A DNA stretch of 64,000 bases from Raillietiella orientalis (GCA_036172245.1 JAYWIR010000001.1:6944001-7008000); one strand, 5' to 3'; positions 1 through 13,800 are shown, counted from the stretch's first letter. Numbers and translations: made by a program. Notes: generated by a model from the letters alone, not told the origin.

Positions 1-489
1 AAGCCGCGCAACCATCCCGGAAAAGAGCGCGCACGCAGTTTGCCTCTGCGGCCGCCAGCACGGCCTCAGCACGTAAGGCGTGCAGGTCCCCAGCCTAGCA
101 AGGGGAAAGCAGGACTGGGGAGCGATGGACACGGGAGAATGGAGGAAGAAGGTAAAGGAGATGAGGACTACCCTTGCCCTTCGGGAAGCGACGGCTCGTT
201 ACAGATCGCAGGCAAGATGACGGAAGAGCAGGCGCGGCGCGATCCTCGGCCCACCCGACGCCGACCGAGCAGGACAACGCAAGGGGCGATTCGCTACACG
301 TGAAGCCGCCCTCGTTTACTATACCCGAGAGCGCGATGGCAACGAAGCGCAAGCCAAGGAGTGCCAGGTGAGCCTCACGAAAAACGGCTGCAGTTGGCGG
401 ATTCCAAAGTCGAGTCCAAAAGTAGTGTAATGGAGGGTGCAGTGCCGACCGAAAACCCGAAAGATTATGAAAAATAAACGCATGTATTT

Positions 490-792
490 GTTTTATATAT
501 TAATACATATTATAAATGTATATTCAATGAACACACAAATATGGAATTATAAAAAATAAATAATAATGATGACACTTGAACATATTAAAATAAAATGAAA
601 GAACAAATTAAAAAAGCAAAAAAGATTTTTCGCATTTCATTTTCTTTACATTTCCAACACTCAATAAATAAAAGTTTCTCAGGAGATGATGAATTCTATT
701 TTCGGGATTTGAATTGTTTCATAAATATATATGTTTATAATTCAATATTTATACACTCATTTAATATATATTTATGTATATATAATGAAAAC
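490..792. repeat. AT-rich imperfect inverted repeat (MITE-like relic)
   Basis: The left arm ~490-570 (TATAAATGTATATTCAATGAACACACAAATATGGAATTATAAA) aligns with the reverse complement of ~719-792 (CATAAATATATATTAAATGAGTGTATAAATATTGAATTATAAA). The block is extremely AT-rich between GC-richer flanks, and low complexity inflates the similarity. Confidence 0.4.
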
Positions 793-3604
793 CTAAAAAC
801 CTGAGCGCTTGCTGACGCGGCACTCCAAGAAACCTTTCTCTTTTTTCCCTTTTTTATTTTAGGAGATGCCATCATTGGATGGGTGGACGTTTGGGACTGT
901 ATGAGACGGCACCTGCCCAAGATGGTGCAGGCGTCGTTGGATGGCCATGGTTTCATATCGGTCGTAACAGGATGGCTTGTCGGGAGGATGGTGGGAGGCG
1001 TGTGCCACGAATTGGTGGAGGTCGAAAGCATTCGAGGACGTGTTTTTATTGCTGGGTGAGAGGACCGTCTAAATCAAGTAATCCTTTTGATGCAATTGTG
1101 CAAAGAAAGTCTGTGCAAGTGGCGTATGAAAATATGAATGCATGCTTTGATTCGATGCCCATTGTGGAGTATTTGTAGCGTGAATCAGCCAGGATTGAAG
1201 GCTGACAGGAGATCGTTGTTCGAATCGAGGAATAGTTCGGAGTGTGTGGTCATTTGCAGAAAAAGTGTTCCCACTTGTAGAACGATTTGGAAGATGCATG
1301 TGGAGTGTAATTTTCTGTTGCATATTGGAGTAACTGATATAAGAAGATTAAATTTATTGACATCGCTTTTATTCATCTTAGAATTGGGTATATCACAGAT
1401 TGAAAGGAATGCTATCTTTCATTTGATGGTTGGGAGGTAGAGAATATTTTTTCGATGTAGTCCTAAATCGGGTTTAAGATCTAACATTGGTATGGAAACT
1501 TGTTGGTTTCTTGTTGGTATCTGCGCATAATCTTCCATGCTAAGGCTCCTAGCTTGCAAGGATGAATGGACGTGAAATTTTAAAGAGTTTACACTGTATT
1601 AAATTATTTTTTAGTTCTGATGCTATACAATAGCATAACGAAATAAACTAATGCACACAGCACTCATACATAGCAATACAAAATCCACAGATGTTTCATT
1701 ACTAATTTATAATCATTTAATGATCTAAGAACCCAGCAGTAATAGGTATCACCGGAATCCATGCTTGTTCGCCACTCCATTACTTTTTTTGTAATCAAGA
1801 AAAGGAACGAAAACGCTTCTAGTAGAGAATTGGAAAAGTGAATTAAATTCCATTCAAATAAAAATTTCAACTTGCTTTTCTACTCGAAATTTTAAACTTC
1901 GATACATTGCTTATGTATGAAGAAATACCTCATATTAAGCGAATAGAGGTTTTCCATGATTGATAGAAACTTTACATTTTAAAGTGTAAATACAGCTCCA
2001 TAAAGCTTAGGCTTAAAAAAAAAATTACTTGCATGCGAAAAAAGAAAAAAAAAGCAAAGTTATGCCCTATGTTTTTTATGCAAGAAAATCGTAGAAATAA
2101 AACAAGCTGATAATGAACATGAAATGTAATTTTTCAAAACAAAAAATGTGAGCATTTCTTCCAATTCATGTAATAGGGATACACTCATATATCATTCAAG
2201 TCAACGAAATAAAATACACATATAGAGTTATAAATGATCATGATAATATTCATAATGCTTGCTTATATACTGGCATTTCTGTTCATGAGAATATTCCCAG
2301 ACTGTTTCGTGTATACATTAAGTTTAGAGATGTACAGTCAGCAAGTTCTAAAACTCGAAATGGGGTTTTTAATAAACTGCGAACTGAATAGGAATCCCAC
2401 TGCACATGGTTTAGCTGCAAAACTGTAGTATTAGAATGTAGCAACTCCCATTATCCTTTGGAGATAGTCTGAAACATGAATGACTGAAATAAGAGGCAAA
2501 ACCTCACCTTGATCAATGGCGTAAGTGATGCACACGGAAATGCGCTGAGTTCAAATGACACACAAAAATTTATCAACTCCTATTTCATATTTCTTGAAAA
2601 ACTCCCTCCTGAACAGATGCAATATTATAGAATTAATACTCGTGCTGTTCATGATTGGAAAGACTTAGCTATATCTGTGTGATCCTTCTACCCATAATGA
2701 TTTCAAATTATTTACAATATAATGATGTTTGCATATTTAGGCAGTAAGAATTTTTCCAATTGCCCTAAGCCATTTTTAGCATTATTGCTTTAATTCAAGG
2801 CATTTATGCTACTTCCATGTTACGTACCAGATATTGGGTGCCCAATATTAGATATCTATTGCTCCTTTTTGCAAGTTGCATTCATTTATCTGTGTATATT
2901 TTTCCTTTGTGCTCGTCGAGCTGTTCATGTCTGTGTGCATAAAACGTGCTCAGTTAAGCAAACTCTCAAAGCATCTTCAGGCACGAACACACCGTGGATG
3001 CTGCTGCTGAACGGGATGGTAGACCTGGTGGGGGAAGCCTGGCTCGCGCAAGGCCTTGGTGAGTCCCTTCTTCCTGATGCCGCACGGAGAGTGGATGCAG
3101 GAAGAGTGAATGGTTCGAGAGAAGACAAAGATGCCTGGTGAACGTGCGCTGGCAGTCTGCTCGTATTTAGTTCAACCCCCAGAGAAAATGATGTTCCGAC
3201 GTTCCGGAGGCATTTCTTGTGTGCGGAATGGTTTCCTTTTGTTCTGCAGTTTGATGCATTCTATCCAGATTGAGGGTATAACTGCTTTGAAACCGGCTGT
3301 CCACATTTTTGTATTTATCGTGGCAGATTCATCACGTGTGGTAACAAAGCTCCTTACGAGCGGTTTTCAAGTTTTTTCTTTTTTTGGCTTTTCACGTTTT
3401 GTTGTAAATTGCTAGCGGAATCCGAGGTAGGTTAGGAAAGAGTGATGCTGGGATCGCACTTTGGCATCACACTGAAACTTCTACAGCATAAGCTTGTAGT
3501 AGTCCTTGTTATGCAACACGCATGGTGGGCTGGCCCGCCACAGCTGTGGTGGTGGTGGTGGTATTGTACTGCCTACTTTGTAGGGCGGCTTTTTTTTTTT
3601 TTGC

Positions 3605-3656
3605 TTATAATGAAGCTCCGTATAAGGGTGAGCCCGTATACGGAGCTTCATTATAA
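3605..3656. repeat. Perfect 20-bp inverted repeat (hairpin/cruciform)
   Basis: TTATAATGAAGCTCCGTATA (3605-3624) and TATACGGAGCTTCATTATAA (3637-3656) are exact reverse complements. The 12-nt spacer AGGGTGAGCCCG adds a GGG/CCC stem. Confidence 0.9.
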
Positions 3657-4706
3657 AAAAAGATGGAGATGTGTCATTGTGCCGATAATTCTCGTGCATG
3701 AAGCGCTTCACAGTCTAAAAAGGCTGTAAAAGAAATGGTAGCAAAATACTGGAAATAAAGCCTGGTCATCATCCTCGTATGTACACTTATCAATTTTGTT
3801 GATTTTGGTTTAATAACTGTGGTCAGGTGGTTCCTGTTGAATATCGGTTGATTCGATATTGATATTACGGTGGACTTTTGCATGCGTTGTGGAAGTGAAA
3901 CTTCTTTTTTTTTTTGAGGAAGTTGCTGTCAACTTTGTGACATCAAAAGCAATTTCCAAGCTAGGGAAAAAATAATGGTGATGATGCAAATGGTTCATCG
4001 TAATTTCTGTATCACTTTTGAACGTAAGAACTGGATGAGATCTATGCAAAATACATAAATTACGTTTATAAATCAAGTCCATCTTATTCTTATATTAAAG
4101 ACAAAAAGTAAGGCAAAAAAAATAGAAAGCACTCTTTGTGCAACTAGGTCATTTTTTTTTTTGTTCTTTCTCTTCAAGGTTGTGTACTGTTGTATGCACA
4201 GTGTAAGTGGCATTTCAGTGGTGATATTTTCATTTTACGTATGAAAAGTAAAATTGTAAAACCAGTCATCCAAATTACCTTCAATTTAAGAATAGTGGGA
4301 ATTTTATCTCACGATCTCATTTCTTCATGTTTAAAACAGTTTGGCAACTTTGGCAAATTTACTTCTGGTTTAACTTTAAGGAGACATATTTCGGCAAAAA
4401 TTTATGACCGGTGATTTAGAATTTAAAATGCAGCCAAACAAACACGGATTATTGTATATTCAATTCATATTTGTAGAGACTACGTTTTAAGAATGCCTAA
4501 ATTTTATTTCCAGAATTATAGTGTTATTCCTGACATTTGAAATTACATAACATTTTAGCCCTTGAGCAATTTATGAGTTTTATTTTCCCTAATACCATTT
4601 AACTTTATGTGGAGGAACATAAGAACAGTTTTTATTATTGTGTATCACTCGTCATGACATTTATCCAGTCTTTTCAATAATTAGAGAACTAAAGTATCAA
4701 GAAAAC

Positions 4707-7700
4707 ATGGGAGTTCCAGCTTTTTTCAGGTGGTTATCAAAAAAATATTCATCGGTTATTGTTCATTGTGAAGAAGACAAAGTAAGTTCTGTTCTTTTTA
4801 TTTTGTTTTTGTGTTAATTGCAAGACATGGACAAAAATGTGTGAGGCCATGTTTTAAAAAGGTTTCCTTATCTTGAATAAACTCTTATTTACCACGGATT
4901 CATTTTACAATTTAATCAATTCTTATTGCAAAATTTTTAACCGAATTTTTACCATCATTTGAAAAAGAGTGTTTGTATAATACTTGGCAATTAAGAGTTT
5001 TTGTATAATGTTTGGATTTATTATCTTAACTTTGTTTTTGATGAATCATATAGTAAAAGTTAATTTATAAGCTTTAGCAGATATTGTGTATTATGCTGAC
5101 ATTTGTAGATTGATTTACAAATGTTTTTCACTTCATGTTATGTGACGACACTAAGATTGTTGGCATGTATTGGTTTCAAACATGTTTTCCCATGTGATGT
5201 GTACTAATTCTACTGAGAAATTTGCTTATGTTTGTCTCTAATAGCCTAAAGAAATCAATGGTGTAAAAATTCCGGTAGATGCTACAAAACCTAATCCTAA
5301 TGGTATTGAATTTGACAATTTGTATTTGGATATGAATGGAATTATCCATCCTTGTACACATCCTGAAGACAGGTAAGTATTAGACTTTGTAATCATTCAT
5401 TTTCAGTTTCATTATTAGCTACAAATCACACATATTGTAACAGTTTCATTCAAATGTTTGTTTTAATTCTCACTTTTTTTTGATCTGAAAGACTGAATTT
5501 TGTAGCTGAAACAATTAAAGAATGAAAGGTGGAAAGGTATTGCTTCATGTTTTCAATCTGAGGGATCTATACATAAATATATGTGTGGTAATTTCGGACC
5601 ATTCCGATCAAATAGTGTGTTTGTATAGTGGTCAGAGGTGTAGTAGGCATTATAGATCTTCTCAAGTTAATATTAAGTATGAGTACATGTAAGTCATGTC
5701 ACCATTTAGGTCCTTTGATTATCATGTGCATTAGACTTGTTTTTAAAAAATAAACTATGCCATGTGTGAAATGTAAATTGATTGTTCTCTTGCAAGTAAT
5801 GAAATGGTAATGTGGTAATTTTTTTCTGTTGCATTTCATTATGTACTTGGATATGAACAATATCACTGATTATTATTTTGATGTTCATTAAAGTCATTTA
5901 CTTTTTTATGGCTATATTCCGATCTTCGGGGTGGATGTATTTGTTACAATTTAGTGGGAAATTCAGAGCTTTTTTTGTCCATTTCAAAAAGCATGTCTAG
6001 GATAATTAAAGCATAGAATTGTATAAGTGTTCTGTTTCCTCATGTTGTCTGTGATGCAAACCAACAGACATTTTCAGAGACTAGAAAGGGTTCATTCACT
6101 TTTTTGATCTTGAAAATTAATGTAATGCTTTAAATGCCATATTTTCCTTTGATCCATAATGTGAACTTTGTAAGTTAGTATTTGTAAGTACAAAATTTCA
6201 CATGAATTAGATTTTTTGTTGAATTTTTGATGAGTTTGGGAAAAGCTTTATTGATTCTATTAATCACTTAGTTTCCTGTTGGCTGTTTTCGTTCTAAATT
6301 AAGAACGTTTCTTTTAATGATTATTATCGTTTATCAGTGCCCTTCAACTTTCTAGTTTTTTCAGTTTTTTGTGGAATGCAGTTTGTTTGTACTCTCTGGT
6401 GTGAATTTTTAGTGTCCTATTCTTCAAGTTACAATATTTTAATATTTTGTATTACCCATTTAAAAAGTGATTGTGAATACTGACTACAAATTTCAAGTAA
6501 TTGTTTATTGCTGGTCTGACTAGGCAAATGGTAATGTGGAGCATGTGTGTGATGCATTTATCTGTAAACAAATTCTGTCTACATACAACTGAATGTTTTC
6601 AGACCTGCGCCAAAAGATGAAGATGAAATGATGATAGCAATTTTTGAATGTATTGATAGAATTTTCGCCATCGTAAGACCACGAAAAGTACTTTATATGG
6701 CTATCGATGGTGTAGTAAGTAGTCATTTTTACAAAACTATAAGCATCTTCAGTTTGTTAAAGTACAAAGATTTTTTTTAAACTGGAAAGGATGGAAAAAT
6801 GATGCAGGATGTAGAAATTTACCAAAATACCAAAGACTTTCGTAGTTTCATTCTTTTCTTACTGTTCTTTTTATAATTTCATTTTGATTGCTTTTCTTGT
6901 TTTGCATGTTAGGCTCCCAGAGCAAAAATGAATCAACAAAGATCCCGACGGTTTCGGGCATCCAAAGAAACTCAGGAAAAACTCATAGAAATGGAAAGAA
7001 TTTGTTCGGATTTGCAGAGTAAAGGAATTCTTGTACCACCAAAAAAACCAAAGGAGGCTTATTTTGATAGCAATTGCATAACACCGGTATGTTTGTGTTT
7101 TGGCAGTTTCTTCTTGCAGCCTGTTCTAAGCTATTAATGTTTTATTTCTAGTAAGCAATAGACGAATGCAATGAAACTACAAATTGTAATTGTTACAAAT
7201 TGTAAAATCTCAGTATCACGACAGTGCCGATATTATTGTACTTTAACTTGCTGTTTTCCATCTAGGGTACACCTTTCATGCATCGATTGGCAAAATGTTT
7301 GCATTATTACATCCATGACCGTCTCAATAATAATCCGGCATGGCGAAATGTTGAAGTGATTCTCTCAGATGCTAGTTGTCCTGGTGAAGGAGAACATAAA
7401 ATCATGGATTTTATTCGTAAACAACGAGGTGAGCATAGAACGCTTTTGAGGGTCGTATATCATTTTAAGAGCAGCTAATCCACATCATGACCCAAACACA
7501 CATCATGTGTTATGTGGAGCAGATGCTGATCTCATCATGTTAGGACTGGCCACTCATGAACCATATTTTACTATCATCAGAGAAGAGTTTAAACCTGTTA
7601 AGGCCAGACCTTGTGATATTTGTGGGCAGCTTGGTGAGTGTTTCTATTGCAGAAACATGAAAGTAATATGACTTAGGTCATGAGATGAAAGATTGTGTAG

Positions 7701-10147
7701 GTGGGATGAAGAGTAAAGAAGGAGAATATGATGAATTGGTTCATCCTTTACCTGCAGAAACAAACTACATATTCGTCCGCCTCAGTGTATTGCGCGAATA
7801 CTTAGAACGTGAGATGTACATGCCCAATCTTCCTTTTCCTTATGACATTGAACGTGTTGTTGATGATTGGGTGTTTATGTGTTTCTTTGTGGGAAACGAT
7901 TTCTTACCTCACTTACCCTCATTGGAGATCAGAGAAGGTGCTATCGATAGACTTATCAATTTGTATAAGAAAAGTGTGTATCGTGCTGGCGGTTACTTGA
8001 CTTGTAATGGCATGGTGAACTTGAATCGAGTACAGACAATCTTGCAAGACTTGGGTCAAGTGGAAGATCAAATATTCCGTGAACGGCAAGCACGTGAAAT
8101 TGCTTTTAGACAGCGAGAGAAGGCAAATCAAAAGAGAGCTAGATATGAAAGTGATGTGCGACCATCCTTTATGTTAGAGGGCCAGTTTCATCCAACAGTA
8201 ATCAGTGTTCTATATTATGATCCTTACTAAAGAGAGCTTGCAGCCTATTGGTTCAGTCACTTCTGCAGTGGAGCACCCTAAGCAAGAGGCCCAGAATATT
8301 CGGCGTGATAACTTGCGAAAGGAGATGAATGCCAACCAATTAGGCCAAAAGCGCCAGCATGAGGAGACAGATGAAGATAATGTTGAAACTGATGCAGTGC
8401 GACTTTGGGAGGCTGGCTTTAAAGACCGTTATTATGAATGCAAATTTGATGTAAATTCAAATGATATTGCATTTCGTTGTCATGTAGCAGCCGAGTATGC
8501 TTTGGGATTGAGTTGGGTATTACGATACTATTATCAGGTGAGCACTGGTATGCTTGTCCTTTTTGTAGCAGCGTTTGTAGGGGTGTGGCTGCTGGAAATG
8601 GTTTTTTCCTTACCATTATGCCCCCTTCGCTTCAGACTTCTTGGAACTTGGAAAGGTCAAAGTGGATTTTCCCAAAGATACTAAACCAGTAAGCATATGT
8701 ATGTTCTTGTTTCAAATGTTTGAGATATTTTTTTTTCAGTTCACCCCTTTTGAGCAGCTAATGAGCGTGTTTCCAGCTGCTAGTCGAATTCATGTCCCAG
8801 AACCTTTTGCTCAACTAATGGTTGCAACAGTAAGTTCTTTTCATCTTGTTCATTTTCTCAGATGGGTGTATATTATCTCAGGATTCATCTATTATAGATT
8901 TTTATCCTGAGGACTTTCGAATTGATTTAAATGGCAAGAAGTATGCTTGGCAAGGTGTTGCATTGCTGCCATTTGTTTGTGAGGAGCGTTTAAAGAACGC
9001 ATTAGCTCCATTATATCCACTATTAACTGAGGAAGAAGGTGGGTTTGTCTTTCAGAATCTATTTAGATGCTAGCTCCTTTTGTGGTTACAGTGGAACGTA
9101 ATCAGGAAGGTGAAAATCGACTGTATATTAGTAAGGATCATCCTGGATTCTCTTTGCTTCATGCTATGTATGAAGATGGTTTTACCAAAGATACAGTGGT
9201 AACTTTGGATCCCAAGTTGTTTGGCGGATTGGCAGGACAAGTGTTAGTGGCTGCTGATTTTGTTCCCTTAAACAGGTAAGGATACTAATGTAGAAACCCA
9301 TGAATCTAATATTTCTTGAAGTGTCCTTATTACAGGAATTCAAAGCTTACCGGATTTAAAGAATGAGCGAGTTGTGTGGTAAGTCATTGTGCACTTCAGT
9401 ATTGTCGGGATCGAAAATACTTTTTACAGTGTGAATTATCGTGATCCAGTTTATCCGAAGAATTATGTCTTTTTAGCTCGTCGTTTACCTGGAGTAAGGT
9501 CAGTCCAGCGTTTTGACATAAGAAAAACAGTTTGCAGTTTTTATTTCAGGGAGCCACCAAGAGTTCTTAAACCTCAAAATCTCAATCACAGTGACAGTCG
9601 TGCTTGGCGACCTATGATTGGCATGACACATTCCACAACAAGAGCTTCTTTAGACATCAGTGGCCATCGGATGCTAAGGTTATCTGTAATGTTAATTGTT
9701 TGCATGTTTTTTTTTTTTCCTGCTTGCAGGCATTCGGTCAGCTATCCTGGCAGCCACAATAAAAGATATGGTTCCCAACCTTATTTCGGTGCAATGGCAA
9801 TGCAAGGATATAATGTAATTCCATATCCACTTATGGATCAGGAAGAACAATTTGTTTCCCGACAAAGATACGAGCAACAGTATCGTTCTCGATGTGACAA
9901 CAGGTATTCTGTGACACCATACAACAGTCAGTATTATGATAACAGGTAAGGAAACTTGGGCTGTTAATAATTGATGTCATGGATTCAATAGGTATGAGAA
10001 TTCATATTATGACTCCCGCAGCCCTGCCCAGAGAAACGAAACATGGGTATGAACAATGAATAATTAATCTGTAAACCTTTTTTCTTCTTTTCTTTCCAGC
10101 ATTCTAGGGATGCCACAAGAGCATCCGGCAGATATCGATATCGTTAA
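4707..10147 (+). CDS. XRN2: 5'-3' exoribonuclease 2 (XRN2/Rat1), 18 coding exons, 912 aa
   Basis: Exons, all GT-AG and in phase: 4707-4781, 5245-5372, 6603-6714, 6913-7086, 7266-7428, 7475-7633, 7677-8197, 8244-8537, 8581-8688, 8740-8829, 8882-9038, 9092-9275, 9322-9378, 9430-9498, 9550-9678, 9730-9945, 9992-10046, 10100-10147 (2739 nt including TAA). XRN family motifs: [112 protein letters not shown]. The CCHC knuckle [14 protein letters not shown] and the length indicate XRN2 rather than XRN1. The last two exons rest on splice signals only. Confidence 0.97.
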
Positions 10148-10339
10148 TGTGTTTTTTTTTTATTTATTGCTTGATATTATTAAAACTCAGGTACAGGACT
10201 TCAAGCCACAATTACATGTTCAGTTTGAACGTGAGTTCTTATTTGACTGGAAAAGGAACACATAGAACAATGGAGAATGCCTTGAATCTGAATCTTTTTA
10301 CTGAATGAGTTGATTGAATTTTTAAAAACTACAATTGGT

Positions 10340-10345
10340 AATAAA
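10340..10345 (+). terminator. Candidate polyadenylation signal of XRN2
   Basis: AATAAA about 190 nt after the stop codon; an ATTAAA variant lies at 10179-10184. Confidence 0.4.
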
Positions 10346-10639
10346 ATGCTTGAGTTCTGTATCCCTCGAAAGAAACTTAAATTTTTATCGGAGAGCACTG
10401 TGTATACTGATGTATACGGGGTAAACAGAAAAGAAAGAAAAAAAAAATTATGAGTAGGTGTGAATGTAAATCAGAAGCATGACTTTGGATAGAACAGTAC
10501 TTGCGCCGTCTACGTATGAAGCTGTGTGCACACACGAGCCAAGCGTTATCACCTATCTTTTCCTGCGGACAGTGGTTCGATGCTTCCGTGGGGGTTGTTA
10601 GCCTTGTGGACACTGCGTGGTATTGCAGTCATAATCAGA

Positions 10640-10880
10640 ATTCAAGTGTCTGTAGGTCTGGCGCTGCTCCTGGACAGTATCTCATCTTGTGCGCTTTGAC
10701 AGGGCATGCTCAGAATCAGTGGAAGGGAGCAAGAACTGCTTCCGTTTTAATTTACTAGCCATCAATTGCACAGTGAGGCTTAGGAAACGGTCACTTCTGT
10801 TTTAAATGTTCGCTCTCGAGTTACTATCGATCAGTGGAGTGCCATCACTTCCAAACACGTTGGCGACGGGCCACTTTTAT
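10640..10880 (-). mobile_element. Highly decayed RTE-like LINE fragment (post-RT region)
   Basis: Frameshifted minus-strand translation gives RVWK, TRERTFKTEV, CN*W, LAPFH, DEILSRS in order. This follows the RTE pattern RVW..TKxRIFKxxV..ETW..LExFH..EEVLxR. Confidence 0.3.
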
Positions 10881-13800
10881 CATCGAAGAAAGGGTCTGGT
10901 GCAAATCTGTTGACTCCTATCGCGCATCGCCATCCCAAAAATGTGCCCCTCGATGAGGATTTCCGCTGCTCTTAAGGACAGGGAAAAGGGGGGGGGGGGT
11001 TCCTCTACTTCAGTAGGCATCGGAAATACGATTTTCACTCTTGTGGATTATGGTAATCGTAGATTGAGAGGATTGTCGGAAGACGACCTTTCTGATTCGA
11101 AGGAATTAGCGTTTTTAGGGAAGCGTTGGCGTCTGTCGTGTTGATGAGCAGGAGATGAGAGGATGGCAGAGAACAAAGGGGCAAAATAAACTTGAGTTCT
11201 GATTTAATGGTAATGTGTTTCCATTTAGTCGGAACTTATGACTTTCGATTTAAAGCTCCCCGTGCACAACACTTTCGTTTCGAGGTGGAGAATAACACCC
11301 ACTTCTGTCTTACGGCTGTCTCATATACTGGAGCAGCCTTTATGCCCATGCACTATTGCGGGAGGTCCATTCTGATAGCAGCCTCAGTGTTTCCATTTCC
11401 GTGCAGTGTTTTTATTTCGAGATGCAGGGATATGTGATGTGTGTATTGTTCCATTCGTTTTGCAACAAGCCCTTAAGAGGCGTAGCAGCCACCATACTGA
11501 TCATCTATGTATAGCATGGAGAGTGGGTACTAAGGATTTGCATTAGGAACTAATTAGGTCATAGGTGTAAGGAGGTCACCGTGACATACTTGAGAGAACT
11601 TTCATTGCTATAATCCTCGTGATACGTCCACAAAGTGCTGCAGTCATCGATCTTTAGTGACTTTGCAGTTTTACACTTTACAAGAACTTACGTTACTCTT
11701 GTAAGAATATATAGAGTGACTGATGTGTTTGAGTAGTTGCCGCGACACCAAGGTTTACTCTAATGAATAAGAGTGCCTATGTAGTTTTGTATTTCTTTGT
11801 TTGCAGTGTGATGGAAAAAAAAAAAAATTTCAGCACGGCAGTTATTTTCAGCCAGTGTTCCTTCCTGCAGTATTGGCTGCGTGTTCACTTTTACCTGGAA
11901 AACAAATCTGGAGTATTTTCCTACCAGAACTGTGCAGTAAAGAGTTTTTTTTAAAAAAAAAAGAGAAGTAATGAAGAATGGAGTCAAGCTGTATAAACAA
12001 AGCGTGTCATTGATATCATTTCGGTTGTGCACTCAAAAAGCGAAGGATAAGTGCCTAGAGCTCTCATCGAGGAGAAAATCATCACATTCGTCCGTATTTT
12101 AAGAAACCAGGTTTGCTGGGACATTGGTAAAAATGTCTGGAAAAAAAAAAAAAAAAAAAGGAACGCATTCTATAAATTTTCATACACAAGATTTGTCCCC
12201 TAAATATTACGTGTGCCAAACAACTGGACCGATCCATAGTCAATTTCAACGCTGTCTCACGAATCAGAGAACCACAAGTTGGTCCCCTATTCCGCAGTAA
12301 AATCTCATTTGCATCACATTGAACGCACAAAGATGAACGCTGTGCTCAAATATCCAGCTTCGTTCTCTCCTCCAAGACGCTTAAAAGAAATTCCACATCA
12401 TCAGCGACAACGAGACCTTAATAGACAGCAGGCATCAGAGCCCAACGTACTTGATCCTGAATCATCTACTCTGTCCCCATCTCATTATCATCACCACTGG
12501 AATTATTCCACCATCAAAAAATAAAGGAAATGTAAAATCCAAAAAACAACAACAAAAAAAGACCCTCTTGTAAACCTTGGTAATACCTACTAATACTACC
12601 GTTAACACATAATCACCTCATCGTTCTATGTTTTCGCCGCGCCGTAAAGCACAGTAAGACTACTGTCGGGTCACACTATCGCCCCTCATTTGTCGAATTC
12701 CCTTCTCGTGAGCCACCCCTACTCCCAATCGCGCCATAAGACCTACCACTACCAGCCTTCAAGATGAAGGAACCCAACACTTCATCTTATAGAAACAATC
12801 AGTCCCACCATGAAAAGAAGGGACTCGAACATGCGCCGCCACTCATGGGGTCACCCTTCCCACCATGCGGGGTAGCCAAAACGGTCGACTCAAACATAAT
12901 TTCACATCTCCCTCGCAAAACCTTTGATTGGCACGCTCCTCTGGCAACCGAATCTGAGGCTGGCTGATTAGATCCGGAGTTACCATAAAACCGAGCATCC
13001 CACAGTCATTCCACACACACAAATTTAAATAAAACGCGATTATCTACCACGGAGCACCTCACGTCAATTATCCTTCACGATCTGGACCGCCTTACCGCTC
13101 TACCACCGATTTTGTTTTGTCACCAACTCAGTAATCCTGGAGCTACTCATCCTGCACCTCTCTGTTTCCGCTAACCCTACGTGTGTACTCCCTCTACCGA
13201 TCTTCCTGTTTTCGGAAGATAGGTGCAATGACCTCTCATAGATGGGATTGTGCCGACCTTCAGTGGAACGCCTGCCATCAACCTCAAACTCCTTGCATTA
13301 TTCCTCCTCACCCTCCTACGTCTATCCCCTCATCTACTAATGCACTACTATTCTAGTATCTACTATTATCCACCAGTTTGTTATTATCATTTCTCCTGCT
13401 CTGTTGGCATTCTGCTTTCATCCTCGGCCATTCCCCTCACTTCCTCTTACCCTATTAACGTCCATCTACCCACACATAATCCTCCAGCTTCCGTACACTC
13501 CCTCAGCGCTTCCAGGAATGACAAGCTGCATGGAAACATTGAAATGTTCACATCAGTCTGCGCATGCCTTTTCATCGACTCCCAGCTCTGGAATCCGGGC
13601 TCGCTGGTGGGAACTACCCCTAAGACCCCCCCGTCTGTGCTCATCGCTAGTTGTTACCAGCTCACCGCTCTTGGCTCGCTGATTGCTTCGAGCGTGGAGT
13701 CCGAACGTGGTCGGCTTCCCATGGCATGGAAAATTCCCGATGGGTTTCCCCTCCTCCTTGACATTTCGTTTTCGGGATTTCCAAACCTCTAGGAACGCGT

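Noticed and set aside
2281-2682. Protein-like open stretches (VYIKFRDVQSAS, weakly RRM/UHM-like)
   Set aside because: Interrupted by stops, no consistent exon chain, and the similarity is too weak.
5039-5099. Possible C/D-box snoRNA in XRN2 intron 1 (TGATGA...CTGA)
   Set aside because: No convincing terminal stem, internal boxes or recognisable rRNA antisense element. Such motifs are common in AT-rich DNA.
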